Assembly (NCBI GenBank): GCA_963783375.1
Contig: CAWANH010000029.1
Coordinates: forward strand, 1,472,001-1,536,000
Direction: 5' to 3'
DNA: 64,000 nt
Origin: Candidatus Eiseniibacteriota bacterium
GTDB lineage: Bacteria > Eisenbacteria > RBG-16-71-46 > JABDJR01
Numbering within the stretch: the stretch's first letter is position 1; each line of letters starts with the position of its first letter. Both the position numbers and the translations under genes were made by a program. Positions 10,036 through 19,237 of this stretch are shown in pieces. Under the pieces are notes generated by a model, which saw only the letters and a program-made list of their open reading frames with translations, made no database searches and had not been told where the DNA came from.

Positions 10036-10401
10036 ATGCTCAAGAAGCGCCTCATGGTGGTCGGCGACCACGTCATGGTCCGGCCGGAAATCCCGGGGAA
10101 GACCCGTTCCGGCCTCTACCTCCCTCCCTCGGTCGCGGAAACCGAGACGGTGCTGGGGGGATGGGTGATCCAGGTGGGACCGGGTCTCGCCGTGCCCGAT
10201 CCCTTCGACGCCGATGAGGAGCCTTGGAAGCGCCGCGAACGCCGCGCCCGCTACATTCCTCCCCAGGCCCAGGATGGGGACTACGCGATCTTCCTGCGCA
10301 AGGCGTCGGTGGAGATCACCTTCGAGGAGCAGAAGTACCTGATCGTCCCCAATGCCGCGGTGCTGGCCCTGGTGCGCGAGGATCTGGCTCCGATCGAGTG
10401 A
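10036..10401 (+). CDS. GroES/Cpn10-family co-chaperonin (divergent; no groEL nearby)
   Basis: VGDHVMVRP...KTRSGLYLP...G.VIQVGPG...EITFEEQKYLIV. Confidence 0.8.
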   Translation: MLKKRLMVVGDHVMVRPEIPGKTRSGLYLPPSVAETETVLGGWVIQVGPGLAVPDPFDADEEPWKRRERRARYIPPQAQDGDYAIFLRKASVEITFEEQKYLIVPNAAVLALVREDLAPIE

Positions 10402-10425
10402 TGGGTCCGCGCCCCCGCGGGCCGG

Positions 10426-11608
10426 TCAGCGAACCACCAGGATGCCCACCGTGCCGTTGAACTCGTCCCGGACCGCGGTCAGGCCGGGAGGCGCAGACCA
10501 GGCCGCCCCGTTCGCCCGGACGCACACCCGGTAGGTTCCGGGAGCCAGGGGGAACGCGGCCCCCCACCGGCCCTCGACGTCCCGGGAGAGGTTCACCGGA
10601 AGCCAGTCGGTGAAGTCCCCCATCAGCTCCACCCGGGAAGCCTCGGGGAGCCGGACCCGGATGAGAACCCAGCCCTCCTCCACCGTTCGCGCGGAGAACG
10701 CGCCGTCCCCGGGCGGCGAAGCCGCGCGGTCCTCGGGCGCCGGGGCCGGCGCGAATCCGAAGCTCAGCCCCAGGGCGGCCACGTTTCCGGCGGGGATGCC
10801 CTCTTCGGGGACCGAGGGTTCGCGCCCGGCGCGCAGCGCCACGCTCAGGTTCCGGGTGAGCCGGTAGCCGCCGGTCACCATCGCCCAGACCCGGGTGTCG
10901 AGGGCATAGTCGCCGAACCGGAGACCCACCCGGGCTTCGGAGGACCAGCGACCACGTTCCCATCCCAGATGGAGGCCGGCGTCGGTGTAGGCCGGTGCCC
11001 AGGCGCCGCTCATCGGTGACGCGCACCCGGTGCAGGGTGCTATCCGGGAAGAGAATCAGGCTATCGCGGGAGGATATGACGACCCGGTGGCCGAGGGCGG
11101 TCCGCTCGTCCAGGCCGATCTCGAACCGGCCGAGGCGCAGGACGCCACCCGCGGTGAGGAGGCGCGAGGTGGACCAGCGATCGCCGCTCCGGGCGCGAAG
11201 CGCGCCGCCTCCGACGAACCCGCTCACCGGACCGCGGGCGGCGCGAAGCCGGGCCACGGACTGGTAGCGCTCGCTCGCCGGGCGGCCGGGATATCTCCGG
11301 GTTCCTCCCTCGGCGTCGAGGTCCAGGGCCAGGCCCCCGAACAGGGAGCGGCGGTACCCCGCTTCGGCCCGGCCCTCCCCGTCCCATCCCCCGCTCCCGG
11401 AGGCGCGGAGAAGGCCCGACCCGCGAAGAAAGGCGGTCTCGTCGCCCACCACGACATCGGGGGTGAAGAGGATCGAGCGGTCGATGGCGAGCCCGGCGGG
11501 TTCGAGGCTCCTCGCCCCCACGCCGAGGTCCCCCCGGATCGCCCCTCCCGCTGAACCCGCGGCGAAGATCAGCCATCCGGCGGCGAGGAGCGCGACGGCG
11601 CGGCTCAC
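10426..11608 (-). CDS. Secreted beta-rich protein with C-terminal CBM48/AMPK-beta-like glycogen-binding domain (one frameshift near 10991)
   Basis: GTG 11608 overlaps the upstream stop; signal peptide; the frame switches near 10991 into YTDAGLHLGW...; C-terminus ASRVELMGDFTDW...LAPGTYRV...NGAAW...DEFNG. Confidence 0.75.
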
Positions 11609-12276
11609 GGCCCCGCTCCTTCACCGGGCTTCGGCGCCCGGGATCCGGAGACGGGGGCGGTCGGAGCCGCCGGAGCCAGGACACGAACCCGGGAGGCCAT
11701 CGCCGCCTCGGGCGGAGATCCCGAGAGAATGGCCGCTTCCACCCCCCGCCGGAGATCCAGGTAGACGTCGTCGCCGGTCCCGCTCCGGCCCCAGTCGAGG
11801 ATCACCGCCGATGCGTGCCTCCGGGAAACCCCGCGGCCGATGAGATCGGCGAGCACCACCAGCCGCACGGTCAGATCCCGGTCCGGGGCGTCGGTCCGGA
11901 TCCGCTCCACCGTCGCGGAGTCCACGCCGGCCTGGAGCGCGCCCGCTGCCGCCACCAGCTCGGCCGGGCTGCTCGCCTCCCCGATGAGTTCCCGCGAGAT
12001 GCGAAGGCGCCGAAGCAGCGCGTTCACCGCGGCCACGATCTTCGGACCGGGAGCCCCCTTGGTGGCTCCCTCCAGGGCCCGCTGCACCAGGGGCTCGACG
12101 GGAAGGGAATCGGCCCGGGCGCGGGCCACCAGATCCTCCACCCCCTTGGCCGAGGCCTCGTCGAGCCGGGCGGCGAGGCGCGGATCGGGCGACATGGGCC
12201 CGGCCCCGGCAAGGGGCGCCGCCGCGGTCACGAACAGGAGGCCCCAGAAGAACGGAAGCGAACGCGCGCGAATCAT
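11605..12276 (-). CDS. Secreted helical hypothetical protein
   Basis: ATG 12276 (ATGA overlap); signal peptide MIRARSLPFFWGLLFVTAAAPLAGA; LPVEPLVQRALEGATKGA; coupled to genes on both sides. Confidence 0.75.
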   Translation of the reverse strand: MIRARSLPFFWGLLFVTAAAPLAGAGPMSPDPRLAARLDEASAKGVEDLVARARADSLPVEPLVQRALEGATKGAPGPKIVAAVNALLRRLRISRELIGEASSPAELVAAAGALQAGVDSATVERIRTDAPDRDLTVRLVVLADLIGRGVSRRHASAVILDWGRSGTGDDVYLDLRRGVEAAILSGSPPEAAMASRVRVLAPAAPTAPVSGSRAPKPGEGAGP

Positions 12277-12875
12277 GACGCACCCTCCACCAGTACCACC
12301 GAGCTTCCCCCGCCGAACTCGTCCGCCGGGGCGCGGGGGGCGTCCACGTCCCCCGCTCGGATCCGGCCGTCCACCAGGTAGGAGTACTGATAGAGACCGG
12401 GCTCGAGCGCCAGGGACGCGGTCCAGACCCCACCCGGCTCGGAGCGGACGAGGGGAGTGGCGCGCGGATCCCAGTCGTTGAAGTCCCCGACCACGAACAC
12501 GTTCGCCGCCTCGGGAGCCACGAGCACGAAGTTCACCGGGCGCAAGCCGGCCGCGGCGGAGACCGTCGGCGTCGCGCGCCCGTCCATCGGCGCCGAAGCC
12601 CCGCGGGGACCGACGGCCAGGTGGGAGCCCAGCGCCACCGCCACCGCCACCACCGCCGCCCCGACCAGGCCCGCCAGTGGGGATACCGGCACCGGGCGCG
12701 GCCGGTTGAGCCAACACCACGCCTTCCGGAACCACCCGGCGGACGGCGTCCCCTCGGCGCGCACCCGATCGAGCACCGCCCGGCGAGCGCGCGACTCCCC
12801 GGGCGCCGGGCGCTTGAGCTCCCGAACCGCCTCGTCCAACCAGCCTTCTCGTTCGTCGCCGGGATCAGTAAACAT
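12273..12875 (-). CDS. Putative anti-sigma factor: single TM helix plus CBM48 (isoamylase early-set) domain
   Basis: ATG 12875 overlaps the sigma stop; TM LAGLVGAAVVAVAVALG; APEAANVFVVGDFNDW, GVW...LEPGLYQYSYLVDG, DEFGG. Confidence 0.8.
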   Translation of the reverse strand: MFTDPGDEREGWLDEAVRELKRPAPGESRARRAVLDRVRAEGTPSAGWFRKAWCWLNRPRPVPVSPLAGLVGAAVVAVAVALGSHLAVGPRGASAPMDGRATPTVSAAAGLRPVNFVLVAPEAANVFVVGDFNDWDPRATPLVRSEPGGVWTASLALEPGLYQYSYLVDGRIRAGDVDAPRAPADEFGGGSSVVLVEGAS

Positions 12876-13394
12876 GGTCGAGCCGCCTCCGCATGGCATC
12901 ACGGGCACGCATCACCCGCATCTTGAGCGCGGAAACCCCGTCTCCCGTGGCTTCCGCCATTTCCTCGTAGCTCATGTCCTCCACGTACTTGAGGAGGAAC
13001 GCCTCCCGCTGATCGGGGGGGAGTTCCGCCAGGGCTTCGTGGATGCGGCGCCGCTCCAGGGGGTCTCCGGGTCCGCGGTCGGGGGCCGGGCGCTCGCCCA
13101 GCTCCGAGAGCGGAACGAGCGGCGCCCTGACGCGCTTCATGCGGACCGCGCGGGTGCGGCACCGGTTCACCAGGATCCGGAAGAGCCAGGCCCGGAACCG
13201 GTCCCGGTGGTCGTACCCCCCAGTCCCCGGTAGGCGCGGACGAACGCGTCCTGCACCGCCTCCTCGGCGTCCTCGGGGCTCCCCAGCATGCGCGCCGCGT
13301 AGCGGAGGCATCCGGCATGATAGCGCTCGACGAGAACCTCGAAGGACTCCACGTCCCCCTCGGTCACCCGGCGAACAGCGTCTCCATCGGACAT
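12865..13394 (-). CDS. ECF RNA polymerase sigma factor (one G missing in the run at 13216-13221)
   Basis: Region 2 FEVLVERY..DAEEAVQDAFVRAY joins, by adding one G, to YDHRDRFRAWLFRILVNRCR and region 4 LPPDQREAFLLKYVEDMSYEEMA...KMRVMRAR. Confidence 0.88.
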
Positions 13395-13401
13395 CCACAA
13401 C

Positions 13402-13434
13402 TCCAAGAACCCCGGGAAGGCCGGATCGGTCACA
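13402..13434 (-). promoter_or_regulatory. Putative ECF promoter (autoregulatory), TGTGAC-N15-GGGGTTCTTGGA
   Basis: Boxes and spacing identical to the element at 13560-13592 on the opposite strand. Confidence 0.65.
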
Positions 13435-13559
13435 TCCCGCGGCGCCGACACCGGCAACCCGTTGAAGCTTCATCCTATCCTACCCCGTCCCCAGACCGCG
13501 GTTCCGCTCCTGGAGACCACGGGATCCCCCCCGACGGCCTCGCCCTTCGCTCCCCCCGG

Positions 13560-13592
13560 TGTGACGCTCCGGTCCGGGTCGGGGTTCTTGGA
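13560..13592 (+). promoter_or_regulatory. Putative ECF promoter of the divergent lipoprotein gene, TGTGAC-N15-GGGGTTCTTGGA
   Basis: TGTGAC 13560-13565, 15-nt spacer, GGGGTTCTTGGA 13581-13592. Confidence 0.65.
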
Positions 13593-13722
13593 AGCGGACG
13601 GGTCGAGGTCGGGGGGCGGACGGTCCCCTCACCACCGCTCCGGGTCGCGGACGGCGACTCCGACCCCTGGCCCTTCCCCGGCGCCGGTTCCGGCGCGCGG
13701 CGGCATGCGAGAGGAGAAACCC

Positions 13723-14709
13723 ATGAACACCCCGAAAATCGTCTTCAAACCCCTGCTGGTCCTGGCCGCGGCGGCGGCGGTCCTGGCCCTGGGTCCCGCC
13801 GGCTGCGGCGACGATCCCACCGGGCCGGAGCCGGGCCCGCTCTCCACCGGCCTCGTACAGGGCGTGGTGCTCCAGGAAGGCGTCCCGGTTAGCGGTACCA
13901 CCGCCCTCGGCCTGGGGAACGACCGCGCCATGATCCGCTCCACCGTGACCGACGCCCAGGGGCGGTTTGCCTTCGCCGACGTGGCGACGGGAACCTATCG
14001 ACTCTGGGTTACTCCGCCGGATCGGTTCAGGGTCGCCCAACCGACACCGGGCGAATTCCGGGTGGAGGTACTCGCGAACCGGACGGCCACGGTGGACATC
14101 GAGCTGGCCGCCGAGGATTCGACCGGCGGGGATCCGATCGAGACCGGCACCCTGGCGGTTTCGGCCCGGGCGGGCGAGGATCCGGTGGCCGGCGCCTACC
14201 TGAGCCTCTCGCACGCCGGCACCGGTGAGTGGGCGGGCTCCGGAAGAACCGGCGCCGACGGCCGGGCGTGGTTCGATCTCGCCGCCGGCGCCTACGAGGT
14301 CGCGTTGCTTCCCCCGACCTGGTACGAAGTGGACGGGGAGGCGGTGGCCGCCGCCTCGGTGGCGGTGGACGAAACCACCGAGGTCGCCTTCTCCCTCACC
14401 CGGCGGGCGAGCCTCCCTCCCGGCCAGCTCATGGTTTATGTGGACGCGGACAGCCTGCCGGTCGCCGGGGTGCGGGTGTACGCCCTCGACGAAAACGGCG
14501 CCGAGCGCCTGGACAGCGGGGTGACCGACGACCGGGGCCGCGTCGCGTTCACCCTGGACTCCGGACTCTACTCGGCCGAGATCGAGGTGCCTGAAGGCTA
14601 CGATCTCTACTCCGGCCAGCCGAATCCGATGGGAGCCTTCACGGTCCAGGCGGGCGAGACGACCTGGGCGGGCTTCTACCTCCGACTGATCCCCTGGTTC
14701 GAGCCCTGA
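13723..14709 (+). CDS. Lipoprotein with three prealbumin-like / carboxypeptidase-regulatory-like (CnaB-type) repeats
   Basis: GAGGAG RBS then ATG 13723; lipobox LGPAGC; repeats TDAQGRFAF..GTY, TGADGRAWF..GAY, TDDRGRVAF..GLY. Confidence 0.8.
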   Translation: MNTPKIVFKPLLVLAAAAAVLALGPAGCGDDPTGPEPGPLSTGLVQGVVLQEGVPVSGTTALGLGNDRAMIRSTVTDAQGRFAFADVATGTYRLWVTPPDRFRVAQPTPGEFRVEVLANRTATVDIELAAEDSTGGDPIETGTLAVSARAGEDPVAGAYLSLSHAGTGEWAGSGRTGADGRAWFDLAAGAYEVALLPPTWYEVDGEAVAAASVAVDETTEVAFSLTRRASLPPGQLMVYVDADSLPVAGVRVYALDENGAERLDSGVTDDRGRVAFTLDSGLYSAEIEVPEGYDLYSGQPNPMGAFTVQAGETTWAGFYLRLIPWFEP

Positions 14710-14733
14710 GGCGGAAGGACCCTCGGAATAGCG

Positions 14734-14764
14734 GACGGGCCCCGGCTCGGCGCCGGGGCCCGTC
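14734..14764. terminator. GC hairpin between convergent genes
   Basis: GACGGGCCCCGGC-TCGGC-GCCGGGGCCCGTC, a perfect 13-bp stem. Confidence 0.65.
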
Positions 14765-14800
14765 GATCCGTTCGCTTCTCCACCGGATCGGCGGGGACGC

Positions 14801-15763
14801 TCAGCGCGTCGCCGCCTCCGCGTCCCCGGCGGACTCCGGCTTGACCTCATAGGTGATGGTGCGGGTGACGTCGGCCAGCGGCAGCCCGTCCACCTCGACG
14901 TAGGCGCCGGCGGGAACATAGTTGAGCGGCGGGCCCTCCATCCCCTCGAGCTTGACGTCGCGACCCTTGGAAAAGGAGATCCGGTCGGCGTCGAGATGGC
15001 CGAAGAAGTAGTTCTCCTTCTCCGGATGCTTGTCCGCCTCGGAGATGTCCACCGGGTTCCAGGCCCCGGCCTTGTAGTACCAGGCCCAGCAGTGGTATCC
15101 CCCCGCCTGATCGACCTCGCCGTTGGGGGTGGTCGGGTAGCCCATCTCGAAGTAGGTGGGGATGCCCTGGGCGCGGGCCAGGGACATGAAGAGGGAGTGG
15201 AAGTCGGTGCAGTTCCCCTTCCCCACGTCGCAGGCCCGCTCGGAGTCCCCGCGCCCCCATCCCGGTACCGACTTGTCGTAGTCCATCTTGGCCAGCACGT
15301 AATCGTACATGGCCCGGGGGTCCGGCCCCACGCTGTCGGCGATGGCCCGGATCCGCGGGCTGATGGTCACCAGCGCTTCCGCCCGGGTGTAGAGCCTGTG
15401 CTCCGCGTCGGAGAGGGAGGCGGGCTCGGGGGTCTCGACCGGAAAGCGGCGCACCTTGGCCGCGAGGTCCACCGTGAATTCCCGGGGGGGATCGACCACG
15501 GTCACCAGGGCCACCTTGTTGTGGAAATCGGGGTCGCTCACGAACTTCCAGTCCCAGTCGCCCTTCACCTGGAGATCGGAGACCCTCTGTTCCTGGCGCT
15601 CCTGGGGCACGGCTATCCATACCATGGCGGTGCGGGCGCCGGCGGGAACGCCGTTCACGTGGATGGTCCAGCTCAGATCGTAGTCCTTGGCGTCGGGGTT
15701 GCCTTTCAGGGAGCAGCCGCCCACGAGCAGAAGGACCAGGGAGAGGCCCAGAATGCGTTTCAT
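14801..15763 (-). CDS. Transglutaminase-like domain lipoprotein
   Basis: Lipobox LVGGC; Cys-His-Asp triad in GNCTDFH, GYHCWA, PVDISE. Confidence 0.88.
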   Translation of the reverse strand: MKRILGLSLVLLLVGGCSLKGNPDAKDYDLSWTIHVNGVPAGARTAMVWIAVPQERQEQRVSDLQVKGDWDWKFVSDPDFHNKVALVTVVDPPREFTVDLAAKVRRFPVETPEPASLSDAEHRLYTRAEALVTISPRIRAIADSVGPDPRAMYDYVLAKMDYDKSVPGWGRGDSERACDVGKGNCTDFHSLFMSLARAQGIPTYFEMGYPTTPNGEVDQAGGYHCWAWYYKAGAWNPVDISEADKHPEKENYFFGHLDADRISFSKGRDVKLEGMEGPPLNYVPAGAYVEVDGLPLADVTRTITYEVKPESAGDAEAATR

Positions 15764-16020
15764 CGAGTATCTCCGGATGCGGCGAACCGGGTCCGCCCGG
15801 GTTGCACGGGGAATGGGGCGTGATTCATTGTGAAGGATGAGGCCGCCCCGGGTCCAGGGTCCCCCCTGAGCTATCCCGGCCCGGACGGGGTAATTCCTTC
15901 CCGGCCGGGCGGCGGGCGCCCGAGAATTGTCGTGGTCGGCGGGGCGAGGGCGCTATACTCCTTCCCTTCGCCGGCGCGCGTGGGTCTTCGTGGGGGCGCT
16001 CCCCCCGGGAGGGTACGGCC

Positions 16021-18099
16021 ATTTCCAAGAAACCCTGGGGCATCAAGAATGCCCTCGAGCTCTACAACGTCGAGGGCTGGGGTACGGGCTACTTCGGGAT
16101 CAACGAGGACGGGCGGGTGGCCGTCCACCCGGACAAGGACCCCTCCCGGGGCCTCGATCTCTACGATCTCGCCCTGGACCTCCACCAGCAAGGGGTGGGA
16201 CTCCCCCTTCTCATCCGCTTCTCCGACATCCTGAAATCGCGGATCGAAACCCTGGCCGGCTCCTTCAGCGCGGCCATCCAGGAGACCGGCTACCAGAACG
16301 GATACACCGCGGTCTACCCGATCAAGGTCAACCAGCAGCGCCACCTCATCCAGGAGGTGGTGGAGTTCGGGCGGTCGATGGGGGTCGGCCTCGAGGCGGG
16401 CTCCAAGCCGGAACTCCAGGCGGTGCTTGCCCTCACCGAGGACACGTCGCACGTCATCGTGTGCAACGGATACAAGGACGAGGAGTACATGCGCCTGGCC
16501 CTCATGGGCCAGAAGCTCGGGCACCGGGTGTTCATCGTGCTGGAAATGGTCCAGGAGGTCGACGTCCTGCTCAAGGTGGCCCGGGAGATGGGCATCAAGC
16601 CCACCGCGGGGATCCGGATCAAGCTGGCCTCGGCGGGCTCGGGCCGGTGGGCGGGGAGCGCGGGCGAGAAGAGCAAGTTCGGGATGACCCCTCCCCAGCT
16701 GGTTCGCGTGCTGGACAAGCTCCGCGCCACGGACAACCTGGACATCCTGAAGCTCATCCACTTCCATCTGGGGTCGCAGATCCCGGACATCCGCACCATC
16801 AAGGCCGCCCTGACCGAGGTGGCGCGCTACTATGCCGAGCTTCGCGGGGTGGGGGTCGACATCACCCACGTGGACGTCGGGGGCGGGCTGGGAGTGGATT
16901 ACGACGGTTCGCGCTCGGGACGGGCCTCGAGCACCAACTACTCGCTCCAGGAATACGCGAACGACATCGTCTACACCCTGAACGAGGTGTGCGAGGAGAA
17001 CGACCTTCCCGCGCCGCACATCTTCACCGAATCCGGGCGGGCGCTCACCGCCCATCACGCCATGCTCCTCATCAACGTGATCGACGTGGAGAGCCAGCAG
17101 GTGGCCCCCGACGTGCCGGTGGACCCGGAAAACGACAACCAGGTGCTGGTCACCCTTCAGGAAAGCCTGAACGATGTCTCGGTGCGGAGCCTGCGCGAGG
17201 TCTACCACGACGCGATCTTCGCCAAGGAGCGGGCGCGCGACCTGTTCAATTCCGGGGTCCTGAACCTTCGCGACCTGGCCCGGGCCGAGCAGCTCTATCT
17301 CAAGATCCTGGACGCGGTGCTCCGGGTCGCCGACCCCCATGCCCACGAGGACATCGCGGCCGAGGTGCTGGAGACCCTGACCGACCGCTACTTCCTCAAC
17401 TTCTCGCTCTTCCAGTCGCTTCCGGACAGCTGGGCCATCGACCACCTCTTCCCCATCATGCCGGTGCACCGCCTGGACGAGGAGCCGACCCGGCGCGGCA
17501 CCCTCCAGGACATCACCTGCGACTCCGACGGGAAGATCGACACCTTCGTGGGCGGGAGGCGGATGAAGCGGACCCTGGAGCTTCACGCCCTGCGTCCGGG
17601 GGAGCCGTACATCCTGGGGGTGTTCCTGACCGGGGCCTACCAGGAGATCCTGGGAGACCTGCACAACCTCTTCGGCGACACCAACGCGGTCCACATCCGG
17701 CTCCGGAACGGCGGCTACGAGATCACCGACGTGGTTCACGGGAACACGGTGACCGAGGTGCTGGAGTACGTGCAGTTCCATCCCTCGGACCTGGTGGCCA
17801 CCTTCCGCCGCAAGGTGGCGCGCGCCGCCGGGCTCTCCCGCGAGGAAGCCAACACCTTCATCGCCGATTTCATGGAGGGTCTGGACGGCTACACCTACCT
17901 GGAGTCGCCGATCGAGCTGGAGGAAGAGGACGAGTCGGCGATCGAGCCCACCGCGCCGGAGAGCGCGGGCGCGAACTCAGGCATCGCGGGAGCAGCGGCC
18001 GGAGGCCGCGAAACCCGGACTTCCGAAGGCTCCTCCGGTGAAGACGCGTCGCGCCGCGGGAACGGAGCCAAGGACGAAGCGGAGAGCCCCAGGCACTGA
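16021..18099 (+). CDS. speA: Biosynthetic arginine decarboxylase (probable ATT start at 16021)
   Basis: YPIKVNQ (PLP Lys), LEAGSKPE, HFHLGSQI, DVGGGLG, ESGRA, TCDSDG, GAYQEILG; conserved N-terminus WGIKNALELYNVEGWGTGYF lies in frame upstream of the ORF-track start 16117. Confidence 0.95.
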   Translation: MSKKPWGIKNALELYNVEGWGTGYFGINEDGRVAVHPDKDPSRGLDLYDLALDLHQQGVGLPLLIRFSDILKSRIETLAGSFSAAIQETGYQNGYTAVYPIKVNQQRHLIQEVVEFGRSMGVGLEAGSKPELQAVLALTEDTSHVIVCNGYKDEEYMRLALMGQKLGHRVFIVLEMVQEVDVLLKVAREMGIKPTAGIRIKLASAGSGRWAGSAGEKSKFGMTPPQLVRVLDKLRATDNLDILKLIHFHLGSQIPDIRTIKAALTEVARYYAELRGVGVDITHVDVGGGLGVDYDGSRSGRASSTNYSLQEYANDIVYTLNEVCEENDLPAPHIFTESGRALTAHHAMLLINVIDVESQQVAPDVPVDPENDNQVLVTLQESLNDVSVRSLREVYHDAIFAKERARDLFNSGVLNLRDLARAEQLYLKILDAVLRVADPHAHEDIAAEVLETLTDRYFLNFSLFQSLPDSWAIDHLFPIMPVHRLDEEPTRRGTLQDITCDSDGKIDTFVGGRRMKRTLELHALRPGEPYILGVFLTGAYQEILGDLHNLFGDTNAVHIRLRNGGYEITDVVHGNTVTEVLEYVQFHPSDLVATFRRKVARAAGLSREEANTFIADFMEGLDGYTYLESPIELEEEDESAIEPTAPESAGANSGIAGAAAGGRETRTSEGSSGEDASRRGNGAKDEAESPRH

Positions 18100-18131
18100 A
18101 CCCGCCCGGGGCGTCCGTCCGGGGGGATCCG

Positions 18132-19229
18132 TCAGATCGCGTCGCCCCGGTGGTCCACCCACGCCCGCTCCAGGGCCTCGAGGTCGAGGCCCACGCCGAG
18201 GGGGGCGAGGACCGCGAGCGTCGCCGCGGGATCGGTCCGTAGCTTCCGGGCGGCGGCCCCGAACCCGAGCTTCCACACCCGCGCCAGGTCCCGCGGGGTG
18301 AACCGGGCGCGGATGAGCGCGAGCGCTTCCGCGGGCTCGGGCCGGAAGTGCAGGGTCACGAGATCCGGGCGCGCGCGCCGGAGAGCGGCCTCGGCGGGGG
18401 CGCACTTCACCTCGGCGCTCACCCGGCTCATCTGGTCCATCACCCCCGAGGTCCCGGTCTCCCGCACCCGGCGCTCCCCCGGCCCCGGACGGTAGGCGAC
18501 CAGTGGGCTGACCGCGAGGATCGCCTTCACCTCGGGCCGGGCGGCCAGGTCGAGATGAATGGGATGGGCGATCTGGCCGTCGATGACGTCGCGCTCCCCG
18601 ATCCGTACCGGAATGAAGTAGCCGGGGATGGCGGTGGAGCCCCGGACCGCGGTCGAGACCGGGGGGCCCGGATCGTGACCCGGCCCGAAGACCAGACGCT
18701 CGCCGCCGTCGAGATCGGTGGCGGTCACCAGGAGCGGAACCGGGAGGGCGTCGAACCGGTCCTCGATCCCCTGCCGGCGCGCCGCCCGCCGCACCAGCCG
18801 CCCCACCCCGGCGTTGGAGAAGAACCCGGCGGGGAGCCGCTCCTGGAAATCGTGGACCAGATCTCCCCAGCGGGGAACGCCGTCCCCGGAGCGGCGCCGG
18901 AAGTCGGCGGGGAGCGCGCCCAGCGCCCTCCCCCACCCGCGTAGGTGCTCGCCCCAGGGAACCCCGGAAAGCCGGCGAAGCCGCGGGGCCAACGGGTGCC
19001 GCCGGTCGCCGAGGGCGGCCAGGGCCTCGGCGGGGTCGAGCCCCATGGCCAGGACCGCGCCGACCAGGGCCCCGCAGCTCGTCCCCACGATCACCCGGGA
19101 ACGGACCGGCGACCAGCCGGTGAGGGCCGCGTCGAGGGCGGCCACCGCCCCGAACTCGAAGAACGCCCCGGGAAAGCCGCCCCCGGCCAGGCAGAGGCCG
19201 ATCGGGGGACGCAGGGGAGCCTCGTCCAT
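18132..19229 (-). CDS. Patatin-like phospholipase
   Basis: ATG 19229; LAGGGFPG oxyanion loop, GTSCG nucleophile elbow, STAIPGYF.P, IDG. Confidence 0.88.
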   Translation of the reverse strand: MDEAPLRPPIGLCLAGGGFPGAFFEFGAVAALDAALTGWSPVRSRVIVGTSCGALVGAVLAMGLDPAEALAALGDRRHPLAPRLRRLSGVPWGEHLRGWGRALGALPADFRRRSGDGVPRWGDLVHDFQERLPAGFFSNAGVGRLVRRAARRQGIEDRFDALPVPLLVTATDLDGGERLVFGPGHDPGPPVSTAVRGSTAIPGYFIPVRIGERDVIDGQIAHPIHLDLAARPEVKAILAVSPLVAYRPGPGERRVRETGTSGVMDQMSRVSAEVKCAPAEAALRRARPDLVTLHFRPEPAEALALIRARFTPRDLARVWKLGFGAAARKLRTDPAATLAVLAPLGVGLDLEALERAWVDHRGDAI

Positions 19230-19237
19230 CCGCCCCC

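Noticed and set aside
16117-16119. ORF-track GTG start for speA
   Set aside because: It would remove the conserved W...LY...WG.GYF N-terminus and has no clear SD
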